NCBI GenBank assembly: GCA_963749075.1 | Contig: CAVVLJ010000021.1 | Coordinates: 32,001 to 96,000 of the forward strand | Source of the DNA: an uncultured Pseudomonadota bacterium | GTDB lineage: Bacteria; Pseudomonadota; Alphaproteobacteria; JACZXZ01 | Length of the DNA: 64,000 bases | Reading direction: 5' to 3' | Part shown: positions 55,267 to 64,000 of the stretch, one piece after another | Layout: every line of letters starts with the position of its first letter | Position numbering within the stretch: the stretch's first letter is position 1 | Translations under genes and position numbers: made by a program | Notes under the pieces: model-generated | The model's input: the letters and a program-made list of their open reading frames with translations, nothing else | Database searches by the model: none | Told to the model about the DNA's origin: nothing

Positions 55267-55409
55267 CCCCTCTCCCGCTTGCGGGAGAGGGAAGGGGCCC
55301 ATCCCGAAGGGATGGGAAGGGTGAGGGACGGCCCGATGCCGGCGTGGTCCCTCACCCTCCCACGGCCTTACGGCCGCGGGCCCCTCCCTCTCCCGCAAGC
55401 GGTAGAGGG
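55267..55409. repeat. REP/MITE-like nested palindromic element
   Basis: Terminal hairpins CCCTCTCCCGCTTGCGGGAGAGGG and CCCTCTCCCGCAAGCGGTAGAGGG; internal GGGTGAGGGAC/GTCCCTCACCC stem. Confidence 0.85.
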
Positions 55410-55457
55410 ACCTCCCGCCTTGCCACGCGCCCCGCTTTGGCGGAGATTGGCGCTGCC

Positions 55458-56921
55458 ATGGCCGGCGGACCCATCCCCGTGAAGCCGCTCTTAGCGATGA
55501 CGGCGCTCCTAGCCCTGCCGCTCGCCCTCGTCCTTGCGGCGCTCGTGGCGCTCGACCGCCTCGACGCCGCCGCCGCGGCACTCGCCTTCCTCGTCATCGT
55601 GCCGGCAACCGCCTTCCTCATCCGGCCCCACCTCGCGGCCGTCGTGCGCCTCACCGCCTATCTCGACGCCCTCGCCGAGGGCGAGGACCCGGCGCCGCAG
55701 AGCCCGCTGTGGCCGCCGCTCGTGGTGGCGCTCGCCTCTGCGATCGGCCGGCTGCGCCGGCGCACCCAGGCGCGGCGCGACGACATGGCCGCCAGGCTGG
55801 CTGCCCTCGAAGCGGTGCTCGACGGGCTTCCGGACCCCCTCATCATGCTCGACGACCGGCTGCGCGTGGTGCGCGCCAACCGCGCGGCCGAGGAGCTCCT
55901 CGCCGACGAGCCCCAGGGGCGCGAGCTCTCGGCGGTCTTCCGCGTTCCCGCCCTCCTCGAGGCGGCCCAGTCGGCGCTCCGCCGCGGCGCCGGCTCGACC
56001 GCCAGCTTCGAGCTCGCGAGCCCGGTGCGCCGCGCCTTCGTCGGGCGCGTCGAGCGGCTCGCCGGCTTCGCGCGCGACGAGATCTCGCTCATCATGGTGC
56101 TGCACGACCTGACCACCGAGAAGCGCGCCGAGCAGATGCGCGCCGACTTCGTGGCCAACGCCAGCCACGAGCTCAGGACCCCGCTCGCCACTCTCCTCGG
56201 CTTCATCGAGACCCTCCAAGGCCCGGCGAGCCAGGACGCCCGCGCCCGCGGCCGCTTCCTCGCCATCATGCAGCAGCAGGCGAGCCGCATGTCGCGCCTG
56301 GTCGACGACCTCCTCTCGCTCTCCCACATCGAGCTGCGCGAGCACACGGCACCGACCGATGCGATCGACGTCGTCAAGGTGCTGCGCGGGGTGATCGACG
56401 CGCTGCAGCCCCTCGCGCGGGCGCGCGACATGCCGATCGCCCTCGAGCTCAAGGGCGAGGAGCCGCCGAGCGTGCTCGGCCACGGCGACGAGCTCGCCCA
56501 GGTGTTCCAGAACCTCATCGACAACGCCCTCAAATACGGCCGCCGCGGCACCACGGTGCGCGTCACGGTGGCGAGCGCCGAGCGCGCACCCCTGCCGCTC
56601 GGCCGTGCCCCCGCCGCGGGCCTCGTCGCCGTCGCCGTCGCGGACGAGGGCGAGGGCATCGCCAAGGAGCAGATCCCGCGCCTGACCGAGCGCTTCTACC
56701 GGGTGGACGCCGCGCGCTCGCGCGAGCTCGGCGGCACCGGCCTCGGCCTCGCCATCGTGAAGCACATCGTGAGCCATCACCGGGGCGCCTTGCAGATCGA
56801 GAGCGAGCCGGGACAGGGCAGCGTCTTCACGGTCTTCCTCCACGCGGCCGGAGCGGCACCCAGGCCCGAGGAGGACGCCGCGGCATCCTCGTCCAGTCAC
56901 GGAACTGTCACATCACCGTAG
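55458..56921 (+). CDS. phoR: Phosphate sensor histidine kinase
   Basis: PAS region, DFVANASHELRTPL, NLIDNALKY, RLTERFYRVD, GGTGLGLAIVKH. Confidence 0.92.
   Translation: MAGGPIPVKPLLAMTALLALPLALVLAALVALDRLDAAAAALAFLVIVPATAFLIRPHLAAVVRLTAYLDALAEGEDPAPQSPLWPPLVVALASAIGRLRRRTQARRDDMAARLAALEAVLDGLPDPLIMLDDRLRVVRANRAAEELLADEPQGRELSAVFRVPALLEAAQSALRRGAGSTASFELASPVRRAFVGRVERLAGFARDEISLIMVLHDLTTEKRAEQMRADFVANASHELRTPLATLLGFIETLQGPASQDARARGRFLAIMQQQASRMSRLVDDLLSLSHIELREHTAPTDAIDVVKVLRGVIDALQPLARARDMPIALELKGEEPPSVLGHGDELAQVFQNLIDNALKYGRRGTTVRVTVASAERAPLPLGRAPAAGLVAVAVADEGEGIAKEQIPRLTERFYRVDAARSRELGGTGLGLAIVKHIVSHHRGALQIESEPGQGSVFTVFLHAAGAAPRPEEDAAASSSSHGTVTSP
56894..56911 (+). promoter_or_regulatory. 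Pho box upstream of phoU
   Basis: CAGTCAC-GGAA-CTGTCAC, two direct repeats at 11-bp period resembling CTGTCAT-N4-CTGTCAT. Confidence 0.7.
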
Positions 56922-56985
56922 TAATTTCATCGCGCACCACGGGTAGGCTGGGAAACGCTGGGGGCGCGCGAGGCAGGAGAACGAG

Positions 56986-57750
56986 ATGGCCGCTGAGCAC
57001 ATCGTCAAGGCCTACGATCAGGAGCTCGACCAGCTCAACAACACGATCGCCCAGATGGGCGGACTCGCGGAGATCCAGCTTGCCAACGCCATCGCCGCGG
57101 TCGTCCAGCGCGACCCCGAGCTCGCCGCCGAGACGGTCGAGGCCGACGTGCGCATCGACGCGCTCGAGCACGAGGTGCAGGACCAGGTGGTGCGCCTCTT
57201 GGCGCTGCGCCAGCCGATGGCGCGGGATCTGCGCAACATCGTGGCGGCGCTCAAGATCTCGAGCGATATCGAGCGCATCGGCGACTACGCGACGAACGTC
57301 GCCAAGCGCGCCATCGTGCTGAGCCAGACCCAGGCGGTGAAGCCCGCCTATGCCGTGCCGCGCATGGGGGCGATCGCGCAGGCGCTCATCAAGGACGTGC
57401 TCGACGCCTTCGCCGAGCGCAACACCGAGAAGGCGATGCGGGTGTGGCGCAGCGACGAGGAGCTCGACGACATGTACTCGGGCCTCTTCCGCGAGCTCCT
57501 CACCTACATGATGGAGGATCCGCGCAACATCACGCCCTCGACGCACCTCCTCTTCATCGCCAAGAACATCGAGCGCATCGGCGACCACGCGACCAACATC
57601 GCGGAGACCGTGCATTTCCTCGTCGAGGGCGGCTCGTTCCGCGAGCACCGCCCCAAGGGCGACAATTCGAGCTTCACCGTGGTGGCGCCGAGCGCCCAGC
57701 GCGCGAGCGAGCGCGGGGCCGAGCCGGGCGAGGGGAAGAGCAACGATTAG
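56986..57750 (+). CDS. phoU: Phosphate signalling protein PhoU
   Basis: EHIVKAYDQEL, RQPMARDLR, ERIGDYA, ERIGDHATNIAE. Confidence 0.96.
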   Translation: MAAEHIVKAYDQELDQLNNTIAQMGGLAEIQLANAIAAVVQRDPELAAETVEADVRIDALEHEVQDQVVRLLALRQPMARDLRNIVAALKISSDIERIGDYATNVAKRAIVLSQTQAVKPAYAVPRMGAIAQALIKDVLDAFAERNTEKAMRVWRSDEELDDMYSGLFRELLTYMMEDPRNITPSTHLLFIAKNIERIGDHATNIAETVHFLVEGGSFREHRPKGDNSSFTVVAPSAQRASERGAEPGEGKSND

Positions 57751-57757
57751 CGAGCTC

Positions 57758-58450
57758 ATGAAATTGCACGTCCTGATCGTCGAGGACGAGGCGGCACTCG
57801 TCGAGCTGCTGCGCTACAACTTCGAGCAGGAAGGCTTCCGCGTCTCCGCCGCCGCCGACGGCGAGGAGGCGCTCATCATGGTGGCCGAGGATCCGCCCGA
57901 CATCATCGTGCTCGACTGGATGCTGCCGCTGATGTCCGGGCTCGACGTCTGCCGCCAGCTGAGGAGGCGCCCCGAGACGCGCAACGTTCCCATCATCATG
58001 CTGACCGCCCGGGGCGAGGAGGGCGACCGCATCCGCGGCCTCAACAGCGGGGCGGACGACTACATCACCAAGCCCTTCTCGCCGCGCGAGCTCGTGGCGC
58101 GCGTGCGCGCGGTCCTGCGCCGCGCCCGTCCGGCGCTCGCCGAGGAGCGCTTGAGCTTCGTCGACATCGTCATGGACTTGGCCGCCCACCGGGTGACGCG
58201 CGGCGGCCGCAACGTCCATCTCGGGCCGACCGAGTTCCGCCTGCTGCGCTACCTCCTCGAGCATCCCGGCCGCGTCTTCTCGCGCGAGCAGCTCTTGGAC
58301 GCGGTGTGGGGGAGCGACGTCTACGTCGAGCCGCGCACCGTCGACGTGCACATCCGGCGCCTCCGGCGCGCGCTCAACGGCGAGCGCGATTCCGATCCCA
58401 TCCGCACCGTGCGCTCCGCCGGCTACGCCCTCGACGACGCCCTCGTCTGA
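57758..58450 (+). CDS. phoB: Phosphate regulon response regulator
   Basis: LDWMLP, LGPTEFRLL, VWG.DVYVEPRTVDVHIRRLR, IRTVRSAGY. Confidence 0.96.
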   Translation: MKLHVLIVEDEAALVELLRYNFEQEGFRVSAAADGEEALIMVAEDPPDIIVLDWMLPLMSGLDVCRQLRRRPETRNVPIIMLTARGEEGDRIRGLNSGADDYITKPFSPRELVARVRAVLRRARPALAEERLSFVDIVMDLAAHRVTRGGRNVHLGPTEFRLLRYLLEHPGRVFSREQLLDAVWGSDVYVEPRTVDVHIRRLRRALNGERDSDPIRTVRSAGYALDDALV

Positions 58451-58466
58451 CGAGACGCCCGCGAAT

Positions 58467-58560
58467 CCCTCTCCTGCTTGCGGGAGACGGGGTTAACATG
58501 CACCAGCGCTTTCTCCGGGGTGACGAGAGAGGCGGTTCCATCCAAACGGGAACCGCTCTA
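58467..58560. repeat. Degenerate REP-like hairpin plus a second GCGGTTCC/GGAACCGC hairpin
   Basis: CCCTCTCCTGCTTGCGGGAGACGGG (58467-58491) resembles the end of the 55267 element; second stem at 58532-58556. Confidence 0.6.
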
Positions 58561-58604
58561 AGCTCCGGCCCCTCGGAAACGCGCAAGCCCCGGGGAGCAG
58601 AGCG

Positions 58605-59708
58605 ATGCCGGAGATGGCCGAGCGGGTGACGGCGGCGATCGAGGACGTCCGTGCCGGGCGCCTCGTCGTGGTGGTCGACGACGACGACCGCGAGAACGAG
58701 GGCGACCTCATCATGGCGGCGGCGCTGGCGACGGCGGAGCAGGTCGCGTTCATGGTGCGCCACACGAGCGGCATCCTCTGCACGCCGCTTGGCGCCGCCG
58801 ACGCCGCGCGCTTGGGCCTGCCCCCCATGGTCGCCGTCAACGAGGGCCTGCAGGGCACCGCCTTCACCGTCTCGGTCGATTTTCGCCACGGCTTGACGAC
58901 GGGGATCTCCGCCGAGGAGCGCTGCAGCACGGTGCGGGCGCTTGCCAACGGCAATACAGGGGCGAGCGACTTCGTGCGGCCCGGGCACGTCTTCCCGCTT
59001 ATCGCGAAGGAGGGCGGCGTGCTCATGCGCTCGGGGCACACCGAGGCGGCGGTCGATCTGGCGCGGCTTGCCGGGTTGGCCCCGGTCGGCCTCTTGGCCG
59101 AGCTCGTCAACGACGACGGCAGCGTCAAGCGCGGCGCCGAGGTGCGAAGCTTCGCCGCCGAGCATCGCCTGACGGTCATCTCGGTCGCCGATCTCATCGC
59201 CTACCGCCAGGCGCGCGAGCGGCTGGTCGAGCGCATCCGCGAGTTTCCCGTGGCGACCGCCATCGGCGAGGCGCGCGGCTACGCCTATCGCACGCCGTTC
59301 GACGAGGTGCAGCACTTGGCCCTCGTCTATGGCGCGCTCGGCGACGGCAGTGCGGTGCCGACGCGCCTTCACCGCGAGGAGATCATGAGCGACGTGTTCG
59401 GCGGCGGCCGCGTGCTGGCCAAGGTCTTCGAGCGCTTCCGCGCCGAGGGCAGGGGCGTGCTCATCTATTTGCGCGACGGCACCGCCGGCGTGCCGGCGGG
59501 CGGCCTAGCCGAGGCGGAGGCAGCGGTGCGCGGGGCGAGCAACAGCGAGGCCGCGCGCGAGCGCCAATGGCGCGAGATCGGGCTCGGCGCCCAGATCCTG
59601 CGCGACCTCGGCGTGCGCTCGATCCGCCTCCTCGCCGTGCGACCGCGCCAATATGTGGCGCTCTCCGGCTTCGGCATCTCGATCGCCGGCACCGAGCTCA
59701 TCGCCTGA
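58605..59708 (+). CDS. ribB: 3,4-dihydroxy-2-butanone 4-phosphate synthase with degenerate GTP cyclohydrolase II-like domain
   Basis: DDDDRENEGDL, TAFTVSVD, TTGISA, RPGHVFPL, RSGHTEA; C-terminal domain lacks the Zn cysteines. Confidence 0.92.
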   Translation: MPEMAERVTAAIEDVRAGRLVVVVDDDDRENEGDLIMAAALATAEQVAFMVRHTSGILCTPLGAADAARLGLPPMVAVNEGLQGTAFTVSVDFRHGLTTGISAEERCSTVRALANGNTGASDFVRPGHVFPLIAKEGGVLMRSGHTEAAVDLARLAGLAPVGLLAELVNDDGSVKRGAEVRSFAAEHRLTVISVADLIAYRQARERLVERIREFPVATAIGEARGYAYRTPFDEVQHLALVYGALGDGSAVPTRLHREEIMSDVFGGGRVLAKVFERFRAEGRGVLIYLRDGTAGVPAGGLAEAEAAVRGASNSEAARERQWREIGLGAQILRDLGVRSIRLLAVRPRQYVALSGFGISIAGTELIA

Positions 59709-59710
59709 GA

Positions 59711-60226
59711 TCAGCCTTTACCCTCGACCAGCGTGCGATAGAGGCGCGCCGCCTCGGCGCCGAAGCAGCAGAAGAGAACCCGCTCGGGCCCCGGCGCCTT
59801 GGCGAGCTCGCCCTCGACCGTGGCAAAGGCGATCGCAGCCGCGCGCGCCAGCGGAAAGCCGTAGGCGCCGGTGCTGATCGAGGGGAAGGCGATGCTCGCA
59901 GCGCCGATCTCGCGGGCGCGCGCGAGGGAATTGCGGTAGCAGCTTTCGAGCAGTCGCTCCTCGCCGTGGCCGCCGCCGCGCCACACGGGACCGACCGTGT
60001 GGATCACCCATGCGGCGGGGAGGCGGTAGCCCTTGGTGAGCTTGGCCTCGCCGGTGGGACAGCCGCCGAGAAGCCGGCACTCCTCGCGCAGCTCGGGCCC
60101 GGCCGCGCGGTGGATGGCACCGTCCACCCCGCCGCCGCCGAGCAGGGCGCTGTTCGCGGCATTGACAATGGCATCGACCGCGAGCCGGGTGATGTCGCCT
60201 TCCACGACCTCGAGCGAGTGAGCCAT
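59711..60226 (-). CDS. Macro-domain O-acetyl-ADP-ribose deacetylase (YmdB-like)
   Basis: [38 protein letters not shown]. Confidence 0.92.
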   Translation of the reverse strand: MAHSLEVVEGDITRLAVDAIVNAANSALLGGGGVDGAIHRAAGPELREECRLLGGCPTGEAKLTKGYRLPAAWVIHTVGPVWRGGGHGEERLLESCYRNSLARAREIGAASIAFPSISTGAYGFPLARAAAIAFATVEGELAKAPGPERVLFCCFGAEAARLYRTLVEGKG

Positions 60227-60228
60227 GG

Positions 60229-61347
60229 CTAAGGCTGGATCGCCTCCTCGGCCGGCTGATAGGCGAGGCCGAGGTCGCGCGCCACGGCCCTGTGGGTGAC
60301 CTTGCCGCGATGCACGTTGAGGCCGGCGAGGAGATGGCGGTTCTCGGCAAGGGCGCGGCGGTAGCCCTTGTCGGCGAGCTCGAGGGTGAACGGGAGGGTC
60401 GCGTTGGTGAGCGCGAAGGTCGAGGTGCGCGCCACGGCGCCCGGCATGTTGGTGACGCAGTAATGCACCACGCCCTCCTCGACGTAGGTCGGTGCCGCGT
60501 GGCTGGTGGGCCGGCTCGTCTCGCAGCAGCCGCCCTGGTCGATCGAGATGTCGACGATGACCGAGCCGCGGCGCATGCGGCGCACCATCTCGCGCGTCAC
60601 CAGCTTGGGCGCCGCCGCCCCCGGCACGAGCACGGCGCCGATCACGAGATCGGCCTGGCTCACGTGCTCCTCGATGGCGGCCATGGTGGCGAACATGGTG
60701 TGCAGCTTGGCGCCGAACTGCAAATCGAGCTCGTAGAGCCGCTTCAAGGACTTGTCGATGACGATGACGTGCGCCTCAAGGCCCATGGCCATGCGCGCCG
60801 CGTTGGTGCCGGAAACGCCGCCGCCGATGATGACGACCTTGGCCGCGGCCACCCCCGGCACGCCGCCCAAGAGCATGCCGGCGCCGCCCTGCTCCTTCTC
60901 GAGGCAGTGGGCGCCGACCTGGATCGACATGCGGCCGGCGACCTCGCTCATGGGGGCGAGGAGCGGGAGGCCGCCCGTCTCGTCGGTCACCGTCTCGTAG
61001 GCGATGGCGGCGACGCCGCTCGCAATGAGGGCCTTGGTCTGCTTGGCGTCGGGCGCCAGGTGCAGATAGGTGAAGAGCACCAGGCCCTCGCGCAGCAGCT
61101 TGTATTCGACGGGCTGCGGCTCCTTCACCTTGACGATGAGCTCGGCCGCGGCGAAGACCTCGGCGGCCGAGCCGAGCACCTTGGCGCCCGCCTTGCGGTA
61201 GGCCTCGTCGTCGAAGCCGATGCCCTGGCCGGCTGCCGTCTCGACCGAGACCTGGTGGCCGCGGTGGACGAGCTCGCGCACGCCCGCCGGCACCAGGCCG
61301 ACGCGGTACTCGTGGGTCTTGATCTCCTTGGGGACGCCTACGTGCAT
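60229..61347 (-). CDS. ald: Alanine dehydrogenase
   Basis: [42 protein letters not shown]. Confidence 0.95.
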   Translation of the reverse strand: MHVGVPKEIKTHEYRVGLVPAGVRELVHRGHQVSVETAAGQGIGFDDEAYRKAGAKVLGSAAEVFAAAELIVKVKEPQPVEYKLLREGLVLFTYLHLAPDAKQTKALIASGVAAIAYETVTDETGGLPLLAPMSEVAGRMSIQVGAHCLEKEQGGAGMLLGGVPGVAAAKVVIIGGGVSGTNAARMAMGLEAHVIVIDKSLKRLYELDLQFGAKLHTMFATMAAIEEHVSQADLVIGAVLVPGAAAPKLVTREMVRRMRRGSVIVDISIDQGGCCETSRPTSHAAPTYVEEGVVHYCVTNMPGAVARTSTFALTNATLPFTLELADKGYRRALAENRHLLAGLNVHRGKVTHRAVARDLGLAYQPAEEAIQP

Positions 61348-61382
61348 GGAGCGTTTCCTCGCCTTTGCCGGAGTATGGCGCG

Positions 61383-62690
61383 TCAGGGGCGGGAGTGCCA
61401 AGCCTCGGCCGCAGGAGGTGCCGCGCGCTCGCGCAGCATGAGCCAGACGAGCGCCACCAGCCCGGGCACGCCGAGGAACGCTGAGGCGGCGAAGAAGGCG
61501 ATCCAGCCGAGCTGCTCGGCCAAGATGCCGCTCAAGGAGGAGATGAGGGTGCGCCCGACGGTCGCGAGGGAGGAGAGGAGCGCGTATTGCGTCGCCGTGT
61601 AGCCGCGCGAGCAGAGCCCGGAGAGATAGGCCACGAGTGCTGCCGAGCCCATGCCGCCGGTCACGTTCTCGGCCGCTATGGTGAGCGCGAGCATGGCGAT
61701 GTCGTGGCCGGCCCAGGCCTGGAGCGCATACATGAGGTTCGAGGCGGCTTGGGCTATGCCGCAGATGAGGAGGCTCGGGAACATGCCCAGGCGCGTCACC
61801 ATGAGGCCGCCCAGGAAGGCGCCGATGAGGGTGGCGAAGAAGCCGAAGACCTTGGAGACGCTGGCGATCTCGGAGAGCGAGAAGCCGAGGCCGATGTAGA
61901 GCGGGTTGGCCATGACGCCGGCCACCGCGTCGCCGAGCTTGTAGAGGAGGATGAAGAGGAGGATGGCGAGCCAGTGAGGCCGCCGCATGAAGTCGGCGAA
62001 GGGGGCGACCACGTGGTCGCGCGCCCAGGCCGCAACGGGCGGCGCGCCGCCTCGCCCCGGGGCTTGCGCGCGCGCTCCCGCCGCCGGCTCCGGATTGGCG
62101 AGGATCGTCGCCATGCCGATCGAGATGAGGAGCGCCATCACGTAATAGGCCGCATGCCAGCCGAAGGCGTCGGCGAGATAGAGGGCGCCGGCGCCGGCGA
62201 TCAAGAGGCCCAGGCGGTAGCCGGTCTGGATCATGGCGGCACCGGGGCCCTGCTCCTCGGGCGTCAGGATCTCGACGCGGTAGGCGTCGATCACGATGTC
62301 CTGGCTCGCCGAGAGGAAGGCGACGAGGAGGGCCAGGGCGGCTGTGGCGAGCGGCTGCTCGTTCGGCGTCAGGCTGCCGAGGGCTGTGATCGCGGCGATC
62401 AGGAGGAGCTGCACGAAGATCGCCCAGCCGCGGCGCTGCCCCAAGCGGCCGAAGAGCGGCAGCGGCAGCCCGTCAATCAAGGGCGACCACAGGAACTTCA
62501 AGGAATAGGGCAGCCCCACCGCGGCGAAGAGCCCGATCGAGGCCTTGGAGACGCCCTCCGTGGCGAGCCACGCGCTGAGCGTCGAGAAGGTGAGGAGCAG
62601 CGGCAGCCCGCTCGAGATGCCGAGGAGGAGGATGGCGAGCACCCGGCGGTCGCTGTAGACACGGAGGGCTTGGAGCCAGCTCTTCGGCAC
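61383..62690 (-). CDS. ansG-like not assigned: Muropeptide MFS transporter AmpG
   Basis: GISSGLP, KFLWSPLID, SASQDIVIDAYR, YKLGDA, ATQYALLSS; the family is AmpG. Confidence 0.92.
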   Translation of the reverse strand: MPKSWLQALRVYSDRRVLAILLLGISSGLPLLLTFSTLSAWLATEGVSKASIGLFAAVGLPYSLKFLWSPLIDGLPLPLFGRLGQRRGWAIFVQLLLIAAITALGSLTPNEQPLATAALALLVAFLSASQDIVIDAYRVEILTPEEQGPGAAMIQTGYRLGLLIAGAGALYLADAFGWHAAYYVMALLISIGMATILANPEPAAGARAQAPGRGGAPPVAAWARDHVVAPFADFMRRPHWLAILLFILLYKLGDAVAGVMANPLYIGLGFSLSEIASVSKVFGFFATLIGAFLGGLMVTRLGMFPSLLICGIAQAASNLMYALQAWAGHDIAMLALTIAAENVTGGMGSAALVAYLSGLCSRGYTATQYALLSSLATVGRTLISSLSGILAEQLGWIAFFAASAFLGVPGLVALVWLMLRERAAPPAAEAWHSRP

Positions 62691-62841
62691 GGAAGGCCTC
62701 TCTCGGGTGGGCCGCAAGCGATCTTAGGGCAGGGCGGCGGGCACGTGCTAGCGGGCTTTGGCAGCGTCGAGGCGGAAGGATTCCCCTGCGTTTCTACAGA
62801 TGATAGTGTGCTGCGCGCCGGGCCTTCCAAAGCCAACCACC

Positions 62842-63318
62842 ATGACCGGCGGGCCAACCGAGGAGCACCCCAAAACCATGCTGCGCCGCGGCGGTTGCCA
62901 GTGCGGCGCTGTCCGCTACGAGATCTCGGCGCCGCCGACCGTGGTCTATGCCTGCCATTGCCTGGAGTGCCAGAGGCAGTCGGGAAGCGCCTTCGCCATG
63001 GCCATGGTCGTCCCGGCAAAGGGCTTCCGGCTGCTGCAAGGCCAGCCGAAATCCTTCGCGCGGACCGGCGAGAGCGGGCGCACCATGCTGTGCTGGTTCT
63101 GTCCCGACTGCGGGACGCGGCTCTACCATTCGCCCGCCAAGCTTGCAGAGAACGTCAACGTCAAGCCCGGCACGCTGGACGACACCGCATGGCTGCGGCC
63201 GAGCGTGCATGTCTGGACGCGGAGCGCGCAGCCCTGGGTCCGCATCCCGAGCGACGCTATCCGGCACGACACCCAGCCGCAAGATCGCAGCTGGCTGCTC
63301 CCTCCGGAACGGCGCTGA
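62842..63318 (+). CDS. GFA/CENP-V family zinc protein
   Basis: GGCQCGAVRY, CHCLECQRQSG, FCPDCGTRL, GTLDD, HVWTRSAQPW. Confidence 0.88.
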   Translation: MTGGPTEEHPKTMLRRGGCQCGAVRYEISAPPTVVYACHCLECQRQSGSAFAMAMVVPAKGFRLLQGQPKSFARTGESGRTMLCWFCPDCGTRLYHSPAKLAENVNVKPGTLDDTAWLRPSVHVWTRSAQPWVRIPSDAIRHDTQPQDRSWLLPPERR

Positions 63319-63333
63319 GAGGAGGGGTCGATT

Positions 63334-64000
63334 GTGACGTCCGGCGCCGGCATCTCGACCGCGGCCAGCGGCGGCACGCCAGCGCGCGCGGTCTTCCGGG
63401 TGCCGCTCGCAGCGCGCCTCCTCTCGCTCTTCGGCGTGCTGGTGGTCGGCGCCGCGAGTGCTGCCATGACGGCTTTCGCCGTCGTGCTGCTGTTCGGCAG
63501 GCAATGGCAGGTCGGCCTCTTCGTCCTGGCACCCTGCGCCTGTTTTATCGCCGGCCTCACGGGCTATGTAGCGCGGGATTTGCGCGGCAAATGGGGCCTC
63601 CGCGTGGCGCTCGACGCCAACTCACTCGCCCTCGAGCTGCCTGCCGGGCGCTCGCTCATCCACCGCCCGCAAGCGACGCACGCGATCATCCCCTATGGGG
63701 ATATCGAGGCGATCGAGACGCGGCTCGAGGCCTATTCCAGCCTCGGCATGGCGAGCATGCAGCGCGCCTACGCGCTGCGGCGCAAGGGCGGCGAGCTGAT
63801 CTTCCTCTTCGAGGACCGCGCACTCGGAACGCCGCTCGCGACCCCGTATTTTCAGCACCTCGCGGCCGAGATCGCCGCGCGCGCCCAAGTCCCCTTTCGC
63901 GATCTCGGCATGGTCGAGGGCAAGGGCAGCGTCCTCGCCGTCTGGGGCACGCAGGCGCCCGACTGGGCGGCGCCTTCCCTCCCGCTCGCCCGCCAGCTGC
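63334..64000 (+). CDS. Hypothetical membrane protein, runs off the window
   Basis: GGAGG RBS then GTG 63334; open frame with two hydrophobic segments (LLSLFGVLVVGAA..AFAVVLLF; VGLFVLAPCACFIAGLTGYV). Confidence 0.65.
   Translation, partial: MTSGAGISTAASGGTPARAVFRVPLAARLLSLFGVLVVGAASAAMTAFAVVLLFGRQWQVGLFVLAPCACFIAGLTGYVARDLRGKWGLRVALDANSLALELPAGRSLIHRPQATHAIIPYGDIEAIETRLEAYSSLGMASMQRAYALRRKGGELIFLFEDRALGTPLATPYFQHLAAEIAARAQVPFRDLGMVEGKGSVLAVWGTQAPDWAAPSLPLARQL

Noticed and set aside
59711-60226. Macro domain as antidote to the RES toxin
   Set aside because: It is 20 kb away, coupled to ald, and looks like an ordinary YmdB-type gene.

Overview
Very GC-rich alphaproteobacterial chromosome (Rhodospirillales-like gene order), mostly core genes on the minus strand. 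It carries irr-rubrerythrin-FeS oxidoreductase-DUF3501, the rimP-nusA-ylxR-infB-rbfA-truB-rpsO-pnp operon, metK/trmB, the olsBA-miaB-phoH-ybeY-corC-lnt block, fur/mucR/rimI/tsaB/nfu, trpS-murJ-glnD-mutS, maeB, phoR-phoU-phoB, ribB, ald and ampG. I saw no rRNA, tRNA, CRISPR array, integrase or transposase. The main unusual feature is that two neighbouring housekeeping genes, glnD and mutS, are each followed by foreign-looking cargo and then by a diverged second copy of their own 3' end. The glnD cargo is an Xre-RES toxin-antitoxin pair. The mutS cargo is a low-GC HEPN-like ORF, a broken HTH antitoxin and a DJ-1/gfa/frmA formaldehyde cassette. This looks like integrase-free islets that entered by replacing gene 3' ends. 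Other points: pstSCAB is absent although a Pho box remains, there are three apparent single-base frameshifts, and there are several repeat or hairpin elements. All assignments come from reading motifs and gene order by eye; no searches were run.
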